From positions 45,223-109,222 of the forward strand of contig CAVTUQ010000029.1 in the NCBI GenBank assembly GCA_963737905.1: a stretch of DNA of 64,000 nt. Reading direction: 5' to 3'. The notes beneath the pieces were generated by a model. That model did no database searches. It was given only the letters and a program-made list of their open reading frames with translations, and was not told the origin of the DNA. This document shows, piece after piece, positions 1 to 8,423 of the stretch; position 1 is the first letter of the stretch, and every line of letters begins with the position of its first letter. This DNA is from an uncultured delta proteobacterium. GTDB lineage: Bacteria; Desulfobacterota; Binatia; UBA9968. The translations under genes were made by a program, and so were the position numbers.

Positions 1-43
1 CTGATCACCTTCTCCGCCCTCGCCAGCACATTAGTCGGGATCC
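1..43 (-). repeat. Orphan copy of the conserved 3' tail of ABC_sub_bind genes (IPTNVLARAEKVI..., runs off the window edge)
   Basis: Reverse complement reads GGATCCCGACTAATGTGCTGGCGAGGGCGGAGAAGGTGATCAG; upstream is a heptamer repeat instead of the expected ...KQIGLT coding sequence. Confidence 0.65.
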
Positions 44-49
44 TATCAG

Positions 50-150
50 CAAATCCGCATTCCGAATATCCAAATCCGCAAGGGGCCGTATAGAATTTTT
101 CCTAATTGAACATTTGAATTCGTTTCGAATTTCGGATTTTTGATTTTGCT
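50..150. repeat. 7-bp-period imperfect repeats in inverted arrangement (AAATCCG/AAATCCA-type vs TTTCGGATTT-type)
   Basis: aaatccgcattccgaatatccaaatccgc ... tttcgaatttcggatttttgattttg. Confidence 0.6.
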
Positions 151-213
151 AGTCACTGCCGCTCAGGATTCAAGCCAAGAAAAGCGCGGTTGGTCGCGCT
201 GCACGGTTACGAA

Positions 214-242
214 TTGACTCGATGTCAACGATCAAATACTCT
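214..242 (+). promoter_or_regulatory. Sigma70-like promoter of the vapBC-like pair with a palindromic operator over -35
   Basis: TTGACT(214-219)-17 bp-TACTCT(237-242); palindrome TTGAC-tcgat-GTCAA at 214-228. Confidence 0.55.
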
Positions 243-266
243 TATTCTTACGCGGAGGGATTTTCC

Positions 267-461
267 ATGAAAGGGATCAAGCGCAAAAACTACTCCCTGG
301 ATGAGGCCAAGGTCAAAAAGTTGAGACGCCTTTTGAAGACCCGCAGCGATACAGAAGCAGTCCATAAGGCTGTCGACTTGGTGCTTTTCCAGCAGGAGGC
401 AGTCAAAGCGTGGATCGAGAACGCGGGGGCGGGCGGCGTCGAAGATCTCTATGCCCGCTAA
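267..461 (+). CDS. Antitoxin, VapB-like (short ribbon-helix-helix type)
   Basis: RBS GGAGGG at 254-259 before ATG 267; 64 aa RKNYSLDEAKVKKLRRLLKTRSDTEAVHKA; overlaps the PIN gene. Confidence 0.75.
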   Translation: MKGIKRKNYSLDEAKVKKLRRLLKTRSDTEAVHKAVDLVLFQQEAVKAWIENAGAGGVEDLYAR

Positions 462-882
462 ATATATTTTTGACACCAACATTTATATTCACTGCCTGCA
501 GGACCGCGCTTTTGCCCTAAGGCACGCCGACCAATATTCTCGCTTTCTGCCATTGACCTATTTTTCAAGCGTTGTGGCCCAAGAGCTCCTCGTAGGCTGC
601 ACCGATGACCTCGCTGTAAGACGGGTGCAAAACTTTTTGTTGCCTTTTGAACGGGTACGGCGCATCGTCAATCCAACCTATCAGAACTGGAAAGACGCCG
701 GGCTGATTGTCGTCAAGATAACTCTGCGCCAGCCTAACTTGAAAAGCAAAAAAATCGCCTTGGTCAACGACACGCTCATCGCCTTGTCATGCCGTGATAT
801 TGGCGCAACGGTTGTGACGCAGAACATAGAAGATTTTCAATTAATCCGGCGGTTTGTTAGCTTTCGCTTTCAAGAATTTTAA
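451..882 (+). CDS. PIN-domain (VapC-like) toxin
   Basis: N-terminal FDTNIYI, SVVAQEL, NDTLIA, VVTQNIEDF PIN acidic motifs; 143 aa. Confidence 0.9.
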   Translation: MPAKYIFDTNIYIHCLQDRAFALRHADQYSRFLPLTYFSSVVAQELLVGCTDDLAVRRVQNFLLPFERVRRIVNPTYQNWKDAGLIVVKITLRQPNLKSKKIALVNDTLIALSCRDIGATVVTQNIEDFQLIRRFVSFRFQEF

Positions 883-937
883 TCGCCAGGCCGCTCAATT
901 GCGCGCACTTCAGCGGCGAAAGCCGCTACTTGCCGTT

Positions 938-1025
938 CCACCGAATCACCTGATTCGCCCGCGCCAGCCCATTCGGGGGATCGCCGATCCATTTTGGATT
1001 TTCGTTTGCGGCGCCGATTGTTCGG
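938..1025 (-). repeat. Heptamer repeat plus orphan duplicate of the ABC_sub_bind 3' tail (PPNGLARANQVIR)
   Basis: On the minus strand after the stop at 1026: ccgaacaatc...gaaaatccaaaatggatcggcgatcccccgaatgggctggcgcgggcgaatcaggtgattcgg. Confidence 0.65.
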
Positions 1026-1625
1026 TCATCGGATCACTTTGTCCGCCCGATATAGTAACGATTGCGGAATGTTACGCCGATTTGCTTCGCTGTCTTAAGA
1101 TTAATGACAAGCTCGAACTTCGTTGGCTGCTCGACCGGCAGATCGGCGGGTTTAGCTCCGTTCAGGATTCTGTCCACATAATAAGCGACGCGCCGGAAGC
1201 TTTCGTCTTGGTCGGCCCCGTAGGACAGGAGCCCGCCGCCACCGACAAATTTCTGTTGCTGTAAGCCGAAGGCAATCGCCTTTTTAACGCGAAGCCCACA
1301 ATCCGTTTCTGGTTAGTAACTATTGTTGGACTGGCGCCGGCCACGTAGAGTCCATCCAGGCGCTGCTTACCCATCGCGGCAAAAACCTTATCGAAATCGT
1401 CCGGAACTCGCACCTCCCAAGGTTGGATAATCAACTTTAGTGCGTGCGCGGCCACTGGGAGAAGCTCTTTTACCTCTCGTACACCGGCCGGATTACCCAA
1501 ATCGTAGAGAACCGCGACACGAGCAAGTTTGGGAACGGCTTCCTTGAGCAGCTCTAGCCCGCTTCCCGCCGAGGTCTCTCGTAAGGTTTGCAATACCGGT
1601 GACGTTGCCGCCGGGGCGGGTGATG
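1026..1625 (-). pseudogene. 5'-truncated, frameshifted ABC_sub_bind (PF04392-like) solute-binding protein
   Basis: Segments RPGGNVTGIANL / LELLKEAVPKLARVAVL / [37 protein letters not shown] / IPQSLLYRADKVIR* lie in different frames; N-terminal part absent; resembles the copy at 44776. Confidence 0.85.
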
Positions 1626-1673
1626 CACCTCTGGGCCCTAACACGACGGAGACAAAACCAAGTAAGAGTGAAT

Positions 1674-1743
1674 CGCGCAAAGGCGCAAAGGCCGCAAAGG
1701 AAAGAATGAATCTCAACTTGGCGTTCTTGGCGTCTTGGCGCGA
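1674..1743. repeat. Inverted repeat of ~8-9-bp-period units (CGCAAAG ... CTTGGCG)
   Basis: cgcgcaaaggcgcaaaggccgcaaag ... cttggcgttcttggcgtcttggcgcg. Confidence 0.7.
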
Positions 1744-1822
1744 GAATAATCCTAAGCGCTCTCAACTAGAGGGCAAAGACTGCCGGTAGACTTGCAGAAG
1801 CCGCGAAAACTTTCACGGCCGA

Positions 1823-2227
1823 TTACTTGGTGCCGAGCCAGCCGTGTTCGGACAGGTCGATCGTGACGCCGTCCGGGCCGCTGAACTTGACCTCGACGTT
1901 GCCTCGCTTCGCCATCTCTTCGGTTCCCGGGTAGGGACGATGCACGGCACCCGCCTTCTCGATTTGCGCCTGAGCCTTCGCCATGTCCTCGACTTCGACA
2001 CCGAAGTGGTGGATGCCGGCGTACCTGAGGGTGCCCTCGGTAGTGGCGGGATCGTCGTATTTGAACTTCAGGATTGCGAGGTTTACGTGGCCGTCGCTCA
2101 GGTAGTAACCCTCGGAAGTTGGCGTGTTGACCTTACCCACCTGCTTCAAGCCGAGGCCCTCAATGTAAAACTGCGTCGTCGCCTCCAGATCCCGGGTGGC
2201 TATTGCGATGTGCCGAATTCGTCCCAT
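1823..2227 (-). CDS. VOC/glyoxalase-family protein
   Basis: RIRHIAI..., GIHHFGVEVED, GPDGVTIDLSE; RBS AGGAGG. Confidence 0.9.
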   Translation of the reverse strand: MGRIRHIAIATRDLEATTQFYIEGLGLKQVGKVNTPTSEGYYLSDGHVNLAILKFKYDDPATTEGTLRYAGIHHFGVEVEDMAKAQAQIEKAGAVHRPYPGTEEMAKRGNVEVKFSGPDGVTIDLSEHGWLGTK

Positions 2228-2286
2228 TGTCTACCTCCTTTTTCTGCCTTCATCCCACACTGGAAAACCTGATTTTCGAACTCCAA

Positions 2287-3840
2287 TTATTTGAACTCCG
2301 CTTTTTTGCTCAGATAGAACTTCCGCATCTGCGGCCGATATTTTTCCATCATCTCCCTGTTGAGATCCAGCGGCGGTTTGGCGTCCGGAGGAAGTAGTGA
2401 AAAATACTTGATATCTTTCGTGTCCTCCTCAAACTGTTTCTTCGCCGCTGCCCGCAGTTCAGGCGAGGTCAATAAGTCTAGGATCGATGCTGCCATCACC
2501 TTCGCGCCGACGACCGCGCCCCTGTGGGCAATCGACATCGTCGGCGTAATTCCTGCCGTCCAGTGGTGCGCTTGCACCCCAGGCACGACAACGGGAAAGC
2601 GAACAGTACCCGTCGGTACGACCCAAGTAACATCGCCGATGTCGTTCGAGGAACTATTCTGCCTTGCAGCTTGGAGTGGCGCTTCCTTTGTTGGGAGGCC
2701 CGCCTCTTTTTTACCCAAGGATTTTTGTAACTCTTTGGCGAACTTGTTCTCTTCCTCGGTCCATTTCGGCATTCCTACCATCTCGATATTCTTTTGCACC
2801 GCTTCAGCGATCGCTTTGTTACCCAGCGACGGCCAGGCCGCACCGAACGGTTCCATCTCCATCGTGGTTCCGGTCATGAGCGCGGCGCCCTGCGCAATGT
2901 TGACCAGCTTATCAAAGTTTTCCTTTGCCCACGGGCCGTTGGCGTCGCGGATGAACCACCAGATCTGGCCCACGTCCGGGATGATGTTGGGTTGCACGCC
3001 GCCCATGGTGATCGCTCGATGACCGCGGTAAGTAGGGCGCAGATGTTCACGCAGTTTATCGAAGCCGATATCCATCAAGACTACAGCATCGACAGCGTCT
3101 TTACCGTCCCAGGGATTCACGGCGCCATGCGCAGTTCTGCCCTTAAAAGTGAACTTGGCGCCGATCAACGCGTAGTTCTGTAATCCATAGCCGGTGGCCA
3201 ATTGGTCGGCGACATGTGTGATGATCGCCGCGTCGACATCCTTGAAATAACCCGCGCGCACCAAATAGGGCCGGCTCATCAGTTGCTCTTCCGCTGGACC
3301 GATCGAGACCACAACGGTGCCAGGAATTTTGAATTGCTCCATCGTCGTTTTAACCGCGTGTGCGGCGCCCACAGCTACCGCCGCCATCACATTGTGGCCT
3401 TCCATGTGGCCCGGGGCGCCCTCGACAAGAGGTTTGCGTGGAATACTTCCCGGCGTTTGTGAACCCTCCGGCAGCGAGTCCATCTCGGTGGCGATTGCAA
3501 TTACTGGCTTACCCGTTCCCCACGTCGCCCAAACGTTCGTGGGTAATCCAGCGCCGCCGACCTCGACTTTGAAGCCGATCTGCTCCAGCGTTTCTTTTAG
3601 ATACTTGGAGCTCTCAACCTCTTGCATGCCAGGTTCGCCGAAATAATAAAGCACGTCGCCGACAGTGGCGATCTGATCCGCATTGCGATCGATCACTTCC
3701 ATAGCAGCTCGTTTGGGTTCGCTTGGAGAATCGGCGGTGGCCACCGGGAAGACAAAGGCCACTAAGGCAACAGCAATCCCGATTGCCAGCATTAGTGTTC
3801 TTGACCAGTAGGCTTTTAGCATCGGCCGGGCGTATGACAT
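2287..3840 (-). CDS. M20-family amidohydrolase (AbgB-like) with N-terminal signal peptide
   Basis: EMDSLP, GHMEGHN, PAEE, GRTAHGA, GGVQPNIIPD, SNDIGDVTW, HHW motifs; hydrophobic N-terminus ending ATA-D. Confidence 0.9.
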   Translation of the reverse strand: MSYARPMLKAYWSRTLMLAIGIAVALVAFVFPVATADSPSEPKRAAMEVIDRNADQIATVGDVLYYFGEPGMQEVESSKYLKETLEQIGFKVEVGGAGLPTNVWATWGTGKPVIAIATEMDSLPEGSQTPGSIPRKPLVEGAPGHMEGHNVMAAVAVGAAHAVKTTMEQFKIPGTVVVSIGPAEEQLMSRPYLVRAGYFKDVDAAIITHVADQLATGYGLQNYALIGAKFTFKGRTAHGAVNPWDGKDAVDAVVLMDIGFDKLREHLRPTYRGHRAITMGGVQPNIIPDVGQIWWFIRDANGPWAKENFDKLVNIAQGAALMTGTTMEMEPFGAAWPSLGNKAIAEAVQKNIEMVGMPKWTEEENKFAKELQKSLGKKEAGLPTKEAPLQAARQNSSSNDIGDVTWVVPTGTVRFPVVVPGVQAHHWTAGITPTMSIAHRGAVVGAKVMAASILDLLTSPELRAAAKKQFEEDTKDIKYFSLLPPDAKPPLDLNREMMEKYRPQMRKFYLSKKAEFK

Positions 3841-3936
3841 CTAACTCCTCCTTTTAGCACCGGCTTATCATGAATTCATTTACAGTTCACGCTAGACCTG
3901 ATTGAGGCAGGGAGCAGTATTTTCCATGAGAACCAA

Positions 3937-4986
3937 CTAGTTTTTCCAGAGCTGCTTGAAAAAACCGCTCTGATCGAGCTCTTGAAGCAGCGAAAGATCG
4001 ACAAAGCTCTCCGGCGCCACGTTCCTTGCCCGTGGCTGTGTTTCAGCCATGCTGTCTAGAATAAACTTTATGCCCTTAAGCGTCGGGTAGGGAATTCTTT
4101 GAACTCTCTGTGAGTAAAAGGCGTAGGCGTCGTCCAGCATTTCTTTTTCATCCACTCGCAAATACTTTTTCAATACTTGAATGGAAAAATCCCGGTCGGT
4201 CACAAAACGATGAAGACCCTCTGAGTAAGCCTGAACAAAGGCCTTGACGATGGGCCGGTGCTCGCGCAGGTATTTAGTAGTGACCGTGATACACGTCTGC
4301 TGCAGCTCGATGCCGAGTGTGTCGATATCGAAAAGCTCTCTCATGCCGAGCTTTTTAGCCCGGCTCGAATTGGGAGGAGAGGCGAAGCCGGCTTGGACGG
4401 CGCCTTTTTCCATCGCCGTGATGATCTCCGGCAGACCGCCTAACTGGATGATGGCCACGTCCGTGCCGCGCTTGAGCCCAACGCGCTCAAGAAAAATCCC
4501 CGAGCCGGTTTCGCTCAAGGCGCCGAATCTCGATATCCCAAGTTTTTTCCCTTTGAGATCCTCCGGCGTCTTAATTTCCGGCCGGACGTAAATAAAGCCG
4601 ACGAGCCGGTTGAGCGTGCTGGCGATGATTCGCACGTCCGCCCCTGCTAAGATAGCCCCGGAAGTAGAGACCCCGGTCACTTGCGCCAATTGAATTTCGC
4701 CGGCGATCAACGCCTGGGTAGCTGCGACCGCGGGAATATAAATGAGCTCCGCTTCTATGCCATACTTTGAGAGATACCCGGCTTCCTTTGCCATCCAAGA
4801 GCCGATTTGGCTTGCTGATAGAGCCGCATAGCCTAGCTTAATGGGTTGAGCAAAGACCTCTGCACTGAAGCCGAACAGGACTACCATCAGGGCCATCGCA
4901 AGAGGTTTGCGGAAAAAGAGCCGGCCTCGTCTCCAAATAAAAATTCGATCTTCGAGCAACGTTCGTGGGCGATCATAAAAATTCAT
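3937..4986 (-). CDS. NitT/TauT (NMT1/SsuA-like) ABC solute-binding protein
   Basis: Signal peptide (VFA-Q); AKEAGYLSKYGIEAE, EDLKGKKLGISRFG, FVDLSLLQELDQSGF. Confidence 0.9.
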   Translation of the reverse strand: MNFYDRPRTLLEDRIFIWRRGRLFFRKPLAMALMVVLFGFSAEVFAQPIKLGYAALSASQIGSWMAKEAGYLSKYGIEAELIYIPAVAATQALIAGEIQLAQVTGVSTSGAILAGADVRIIASTLNRLVGFIYVRPEIKTPEDLKGKKLGISRFGALSETGSGIFLERVGLKRGTDVAIIQLGGLPEIITAMEKGAVQAGFASPPNSSRAKKLGMRELFDIDTLGIELQQTCITVTTKYLREHRPIVKAFVQAYSEGLHRFVTDRDFSIQVLKKYLRVDEKEMLDDAYAFYSQRVQRIPYPTLKGIKFILDSMAETQPRARNVAPESFVDLSLLQELDQSGFFKQLWKN

Positions 4987-5093
4987 TTTTAGATCCTCCT
5001 CTATTTACATTGCTTCACGTTTGCCTGGTCCTTTTAACGTCTAACTCCTCCGGCTTGTTGGGAAATCGAAAATCTAAAATCGGCAATCTAAAA

Positions 5094-6044
5094 TTACTTA
5101 ATCCCCAGCTCCTTCTGCGCTTCTCTGAGAAGCGACAGATCCTCAACTTCATTGATCGACACTTCACGGTTTACCTTGGTGGTTCTCTTTGCCTCTTCAA
5201 TCACAAGACGGAGTCCATCTTGCGGTACGCTGCCGTCGCCATTGAACGCTTTGGAGACGCTGTCATAGGTAGCCGTGGCCATCTCTCGATCGATCTTCAG
5301 CCAGTCCGCTTTCACCTGAATCGTCCCGCCGCGATTCTGCGGGATATATCGATTGGCCTTGATTCCCGCCATGATGACCCGCTTCACTTCATCCGGCTTC
5401 TCTTTGATTTTCTTTACGGTGGCGATCAAGCCGCTAGCGGGGTAGCTGAAAAGTTCGTGGGCGCTGGCAAGCACTACAAACCCCTGCTTCTTGCCTAGGA
5501 AATCTAACGGCGCCGAGCCCAAAGTGGCAGCGGTCAACCCCTGATTCATCGCAGCAAATCGCGACTCGATCATTCCCGTGGTCAGGAACTTTATCTCATT
5601 GTCCGGGTCAATACCGAAGTGTTTGACGATCAGTCTGCCGATGACCTCGAGCGGACTGCCGTAAGTGTTGATCCCAATCGTCTTACCCTTAAGCTCGGGA
5701 ACCGATTTGAATTCCGGCCGGGCGATGATCGCAATCGGAGCGCTGGGAACGTAGCAGGCCACAACTTTAACCGGCAATCCCCGAATGGATGCGGCGACCC
5801 CGGAACCGATTGAAGTGTAATAGTCAATTTCTCCGCTGACTAATGCTGCGATCGCAACGGTTGGCACGATCCGGATGAACTCTGCCTGAAGCCCTTCCTC
5901 TCTAAAGAAGCCTCGCTGTTCTCCCAAAGGGAGCGGGACAAATTGGGCGGCACGGTCCGGGAATCCGATTCTGATCTTGTCTACTGCATGGACTGAGGTC
6001 TGGAGAAATAAGATGGCGAGCAAAATCCCCAAAAGCTTTCTCAT
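5094..6044 (-). CDS. NitT/TauT-type solute-binding protein
   Basis: Signal peptide (VHA-V); GFFREEGLQAE, ELKGKTIGIN; paralogue of 7281-8240. Confidence 0.9.
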   Translation of the reverse strand: MRKLLGILLAILFLQTSVHAVDKIRIGFPDRAAQFVPLPLGEQRGFFREEGLQAEFIRIVPTVAIAALVSGEIDYYTSIGSGVAASIRGLPVKVVACYVPSAPIAIIARPEFKSVPELKGKTIGINTYGSPLEVIGRLIVKHFGIDPDNEIKFLTTGMIESRFAAMNQGLTAATLGSAPLDFLGKKQGFVVLASAHELFSYPASGLIATVKKIKEKPDEVKRVIMAGIKANRYIPQNRGGTIQVKADWLKIDREMATATYDSVSKAFNGDGSVPQDGLRLVIEEAKRTTKVNREVSINEVEDLSLLREAQKELGIK

Positions 6045-6089
6045 AGCCACTCCGTGTTGTGCGCCGACCGCTACAAAACTCCAGTCCGA

Positions 6090-7124
6090 TTAGTTTTTCC
6101 AAAGCTGCTTGAAAAACCCGTTCTGGTCGAGCTCTTGAAGCAGCGAAAGATCGACAAAACTTTCCGGCGCCACGTTCCTTGCCCGCGGCTGCTTCTCGGC
6201 CATTTCATCCAGGATAAATTTTATTCCCTTCATGGTTGGGTAGGGGATCTTTTGCAGTCTTTGCGAGTAGAAGGTATAGGCTTCGTCCAAAATCTCTTTG
6301 TCTTCCACCCGCAAATATTTTTTTAGCACCTGAATGGAAAAATCCCGATCGGTCATAAAACGGTGCAGACCTTCCGCGTAGGCTTGGAGAAAAGACTTCA
6401 CAACCGGCCGCCGCTCGCGCAAGTATTTGGTCGTAACCGTTAGACAGGTCTGTTGCAGCTCTACGCCGAGCGCGTTCAGATCAAAAAGCTCTCTCATGCC
6501 GAGCTGTCTGGCCCGGCTTGTTTGGGGAGGATTGGCAAATCCTGCCTCGACGGCCCCTCGATCCATCGCCGTGATGATCTCCGGCAGACCGCCCAGCTGG
6601 ATGATAGCCACGTCGGTGCCGCGCTTGAGGCCGAAGCGCGCAAGAAACATCGCCACGGCGGTCTCGCTCACCGCGCCAAATCTCGATATCCCAATTTTTT
6701 TTCCTTTGAGATCCTCCGGCGTCTTGATTTCCGGGCGGGCGTAGATCGAGCCGGCTAGCCGATCCTGCACGCTGGCTATGATTCTCACGTCCGCCCCTGC
6801 CAAGATCGCCCCGGCAGTAGAGACCCCGGTGACTTGGGCCAGTTGAATCTCGCCTGCGATCAGCGCCTGGGTAGCTGCGACCGCGGGAATATAGATAAGG
6901 TCGGCGTCGATGCCGTTCTTTGAGAGATAACCGCCTTCCTTTGCAATCCAAACGGCCACCTGACCTGCGACCAGTGCCGCGTAGCCGACCTTGATGGATT
7001 GAGCAGAAGCCTTTGCACTGAAGCCTAACAGGACTCCCGTCAGGAGCAGCGAAAGAAACTTCCGGAAAACGAGCCTATTGCACCGATCTTCGAGTAAAGT
7101 TTGTATGCGAAAAAAAAGGTCCAT
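6090..7124 (-). CDS. NitT/TauT-type solute-binding protein (close paralogue of 3937-4986)
   Basis: RBS GGAGG before ATG 7124; long identical peptides such as LIYIPAVAATQALIAGEIQLAQVTGVST. Confidence 0.9.
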   Translation of the reverse strand: MDLFFRIQTLLEDRCNRLVFRKFLSLLLTGVLLGFSAKASAQSIKVGYAALVAGQVAVWIAKEGGYLSKNGIDADLIYIPAVAATQALIAGEIQLAQVTGVSTAGAILAGADVRIIASVQDRLAGSIYARPEIKTPEDLKGKKIGISRFGAVSETAVAMFLARFGLKRGTDVAIIQLGGLPEIITAMDRGAVEAGFANPPQTSRARQLGMRELFDLNALGVELQQTCLTVTTKYLRERRPVVKSFLQAYAEGLHRFMTDRDFSIQVLKKYLRVEDKEILDEAYTFYSQRLQKIPYPTMKGIKFILDEMAEKQPRARNVAPESFVDLSLLQELDQNGFFKQLWKN

Positions 7125-7217
7125 TTTTAAAAGCCTCCATCGTAACATTGCCTCGCGTTTGCCTGATCCTTCTTACGTCTGAGCCCTCCGATTGTTGGAC
7201 GGAATCGAAAATCCAAA

Positions 7218-7265
7218 ACCTGTGGTGAGCCCTTCGCCTAGGCTCAGGATAAACTCTGTCGATCC
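7218..7265. repeat. REP-like hairpin element(s) inserted into a heptamer repeat
   Basis: CCTGTGGTGAGC-[CCTTCGCCTAGGCTCAGGATAAAC]-TCTGTCGATCC is absent from the paralogous intergenic region at ~5064-5094. Confidence 0.7.
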
Positions 7266-7280
7266 ATCGGCAATCTAAAA

Positions 7281-8240
7281 TTACTTGTTTCCCATCTCCC
7301 TTTGCACCTCTCTAAGAAGCGATAGATCCGCCACTTGATCGATCGAGACCTCGCGGTCCACCTTGGCATTTTTCTTGGCCTCGTCGATCAGGAGCTTAAG
7401 CCCATCCTCAGGAAGGCTTAAGTCGTCGCTATAGGTTTTCACGATGCCATCGTAAGTGGCTGCCGCCGTCTCTCGATCGATCCTCATCCACTCCATCATC
7501 ACTTGAAGCGTGCCCTCGCGATTGTGAGAAATATACCTGTTCGCTTGAATGCCTGCTTTGATCATTCGCTTGATTTCGTCCGGTCTCTCTTTGATCCTTT
7601 TGGCATTTACGATCAACCCGCTTGAAGGGTAAGTGTACAGTTCGTTGGCCCTGGCAAGCACAACAAATCCCAACTTTTTGCCGAAAAACTCGATGGGGGG
7701 CGAGCCCATGGTCGCAACGGTAAAGCCTTGTTTCATGGCCGTGAGGCGAGACTCCATTCCGCCGGTGGGAAGAAGCTTTACGTCCTTTTCCGGGTCCAGA
7801 CCAAAATGCTTGAGCATCAACTTCGTTTGACCCTCAAGACCGCCGCCCAAGCTGTTTAGCCCGATCGTTTTACCTCTCAGGTCCTGGACTGACTTGAACT
7901 CGGGCAAGGCGATGAGGGCAGTGGCTACGCGAGGCGTGAAACAGGCCACGATTTTGACTGGAATGCCGCGCATCGCCGCCGCCACCGCGGGGCCTATCAC
8001 CGTGTGATAATCGAGTTCTCCGCTAACCAGGGCGGTCAGCGCAACGGTCGATCTAATCCTGATGAGCTCTGCTTGAATCCCTTCCTTTTGATAGAAGCCC
8101 CGCCTCTCTCCCACCGGCGGTGAAAGAAACGAGCCGGAGTTGTCCGGATAGCCGATCCTGATTTTATCTGCGGCATGAACCGAGAAGCGGAAAGCAAGAA
8201 TGGCAAGAATAGTGAGGAAAGCTACAAAGATCCGATTCAT
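7281..8240 (-). CDS. NitT/TauT-type solute-binding protein
   Basis: Signal peptide (VHA-ADKIRIGYP); GFYQKEGIQAE, DLRGKTIG. Confidence 0.9.
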   Translation of the reverse strand: MNRIFVAFLTILAILAFRFSVHAADKIRIGYPDNSGSFLSPPVGERRGFYQKEGIQAELIRIRSTVALTALVSGELDYHTVIGPAVAAAMRGIPVKIVACFTPRVATALIALPEFKSVQDLRGKTIGLNSLGGGLEGQTKLMLKHFGLDPEKDVKLLPTGGMESRLTAMKQGFTVATMGSPPIEFFGKKLGFVVLARANELYTYPSSGLIVNAKRIKERPDEIKRMIKAGIQANRYISHNREGTLQVMMEWMRIDRETAAATYDGIVKTYSDDLSLPEDGLKLLIDEAKKNAKVDREVSIDQVADLSLLREVQREMGNK

Positions 8241-8277
8241 CGGACACCCCCCTTATAGCCATTATTCGCTTCACAAA

Positions 8278-8311
8278 CGAAAAAGCCCGGCTGGTACATC
8301 CAGTCCGGGCT
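8278..8311 (-). terminator. Rho-independent terminator
   Basis: Minus strand AGCCCGG-ACTGGATGTACCAG-CCGGGCT followed by TTTT. Confidence 0.75.
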
Positions 8312-8378
8312 CATGTAGTACGAATCAAAAGGGGTGACCGGATCTGAAGACCCAGTTTAACCTGAGAGGTTATGTGGA
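8278..8378 (-). ncRNA. Candidate ~100-nt structured sRNA or attenuator leader
   Basis: Lies between a promoter and a terminator; hairpins TAACCT-CTC-AGGTTA and ACTGGGTCT-TC-AGATCCGGT; no family recognised. Confidence 0.4.
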
Positions 8379-8381
8379 CGT

Positions 8382-8410
8382 GGTTTATGCCTGGGCAGGC
8401 CAGCTGTCAA
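8382..8410 (-). promoter_or_regulatory. Sigma70-like promoter
   Basis: TTGACA (8410-8405)-17 bp-TAAACC (8387-8382), with an A-tract upstream. Confidence 0.55.
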
Positions 8411-8423
8411 GCGGTTTTTTTGG

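Noticed and set aside
912-927. AGCGGC-GAAA-GCCGCT hairpin as the vapC terminator
   Set aside because: The 6-bp stem lacks a proper U-tract; plausible but unsupported.
8345-8375. Glycine riboswitch (CTCTCAGG), or tmRNA/6S RNA
   Set aside because: The GGAGA/CCGAAG elements are missing and the region is too short for tmRNA or 6S; kept only as an unclassified RNA candidate.
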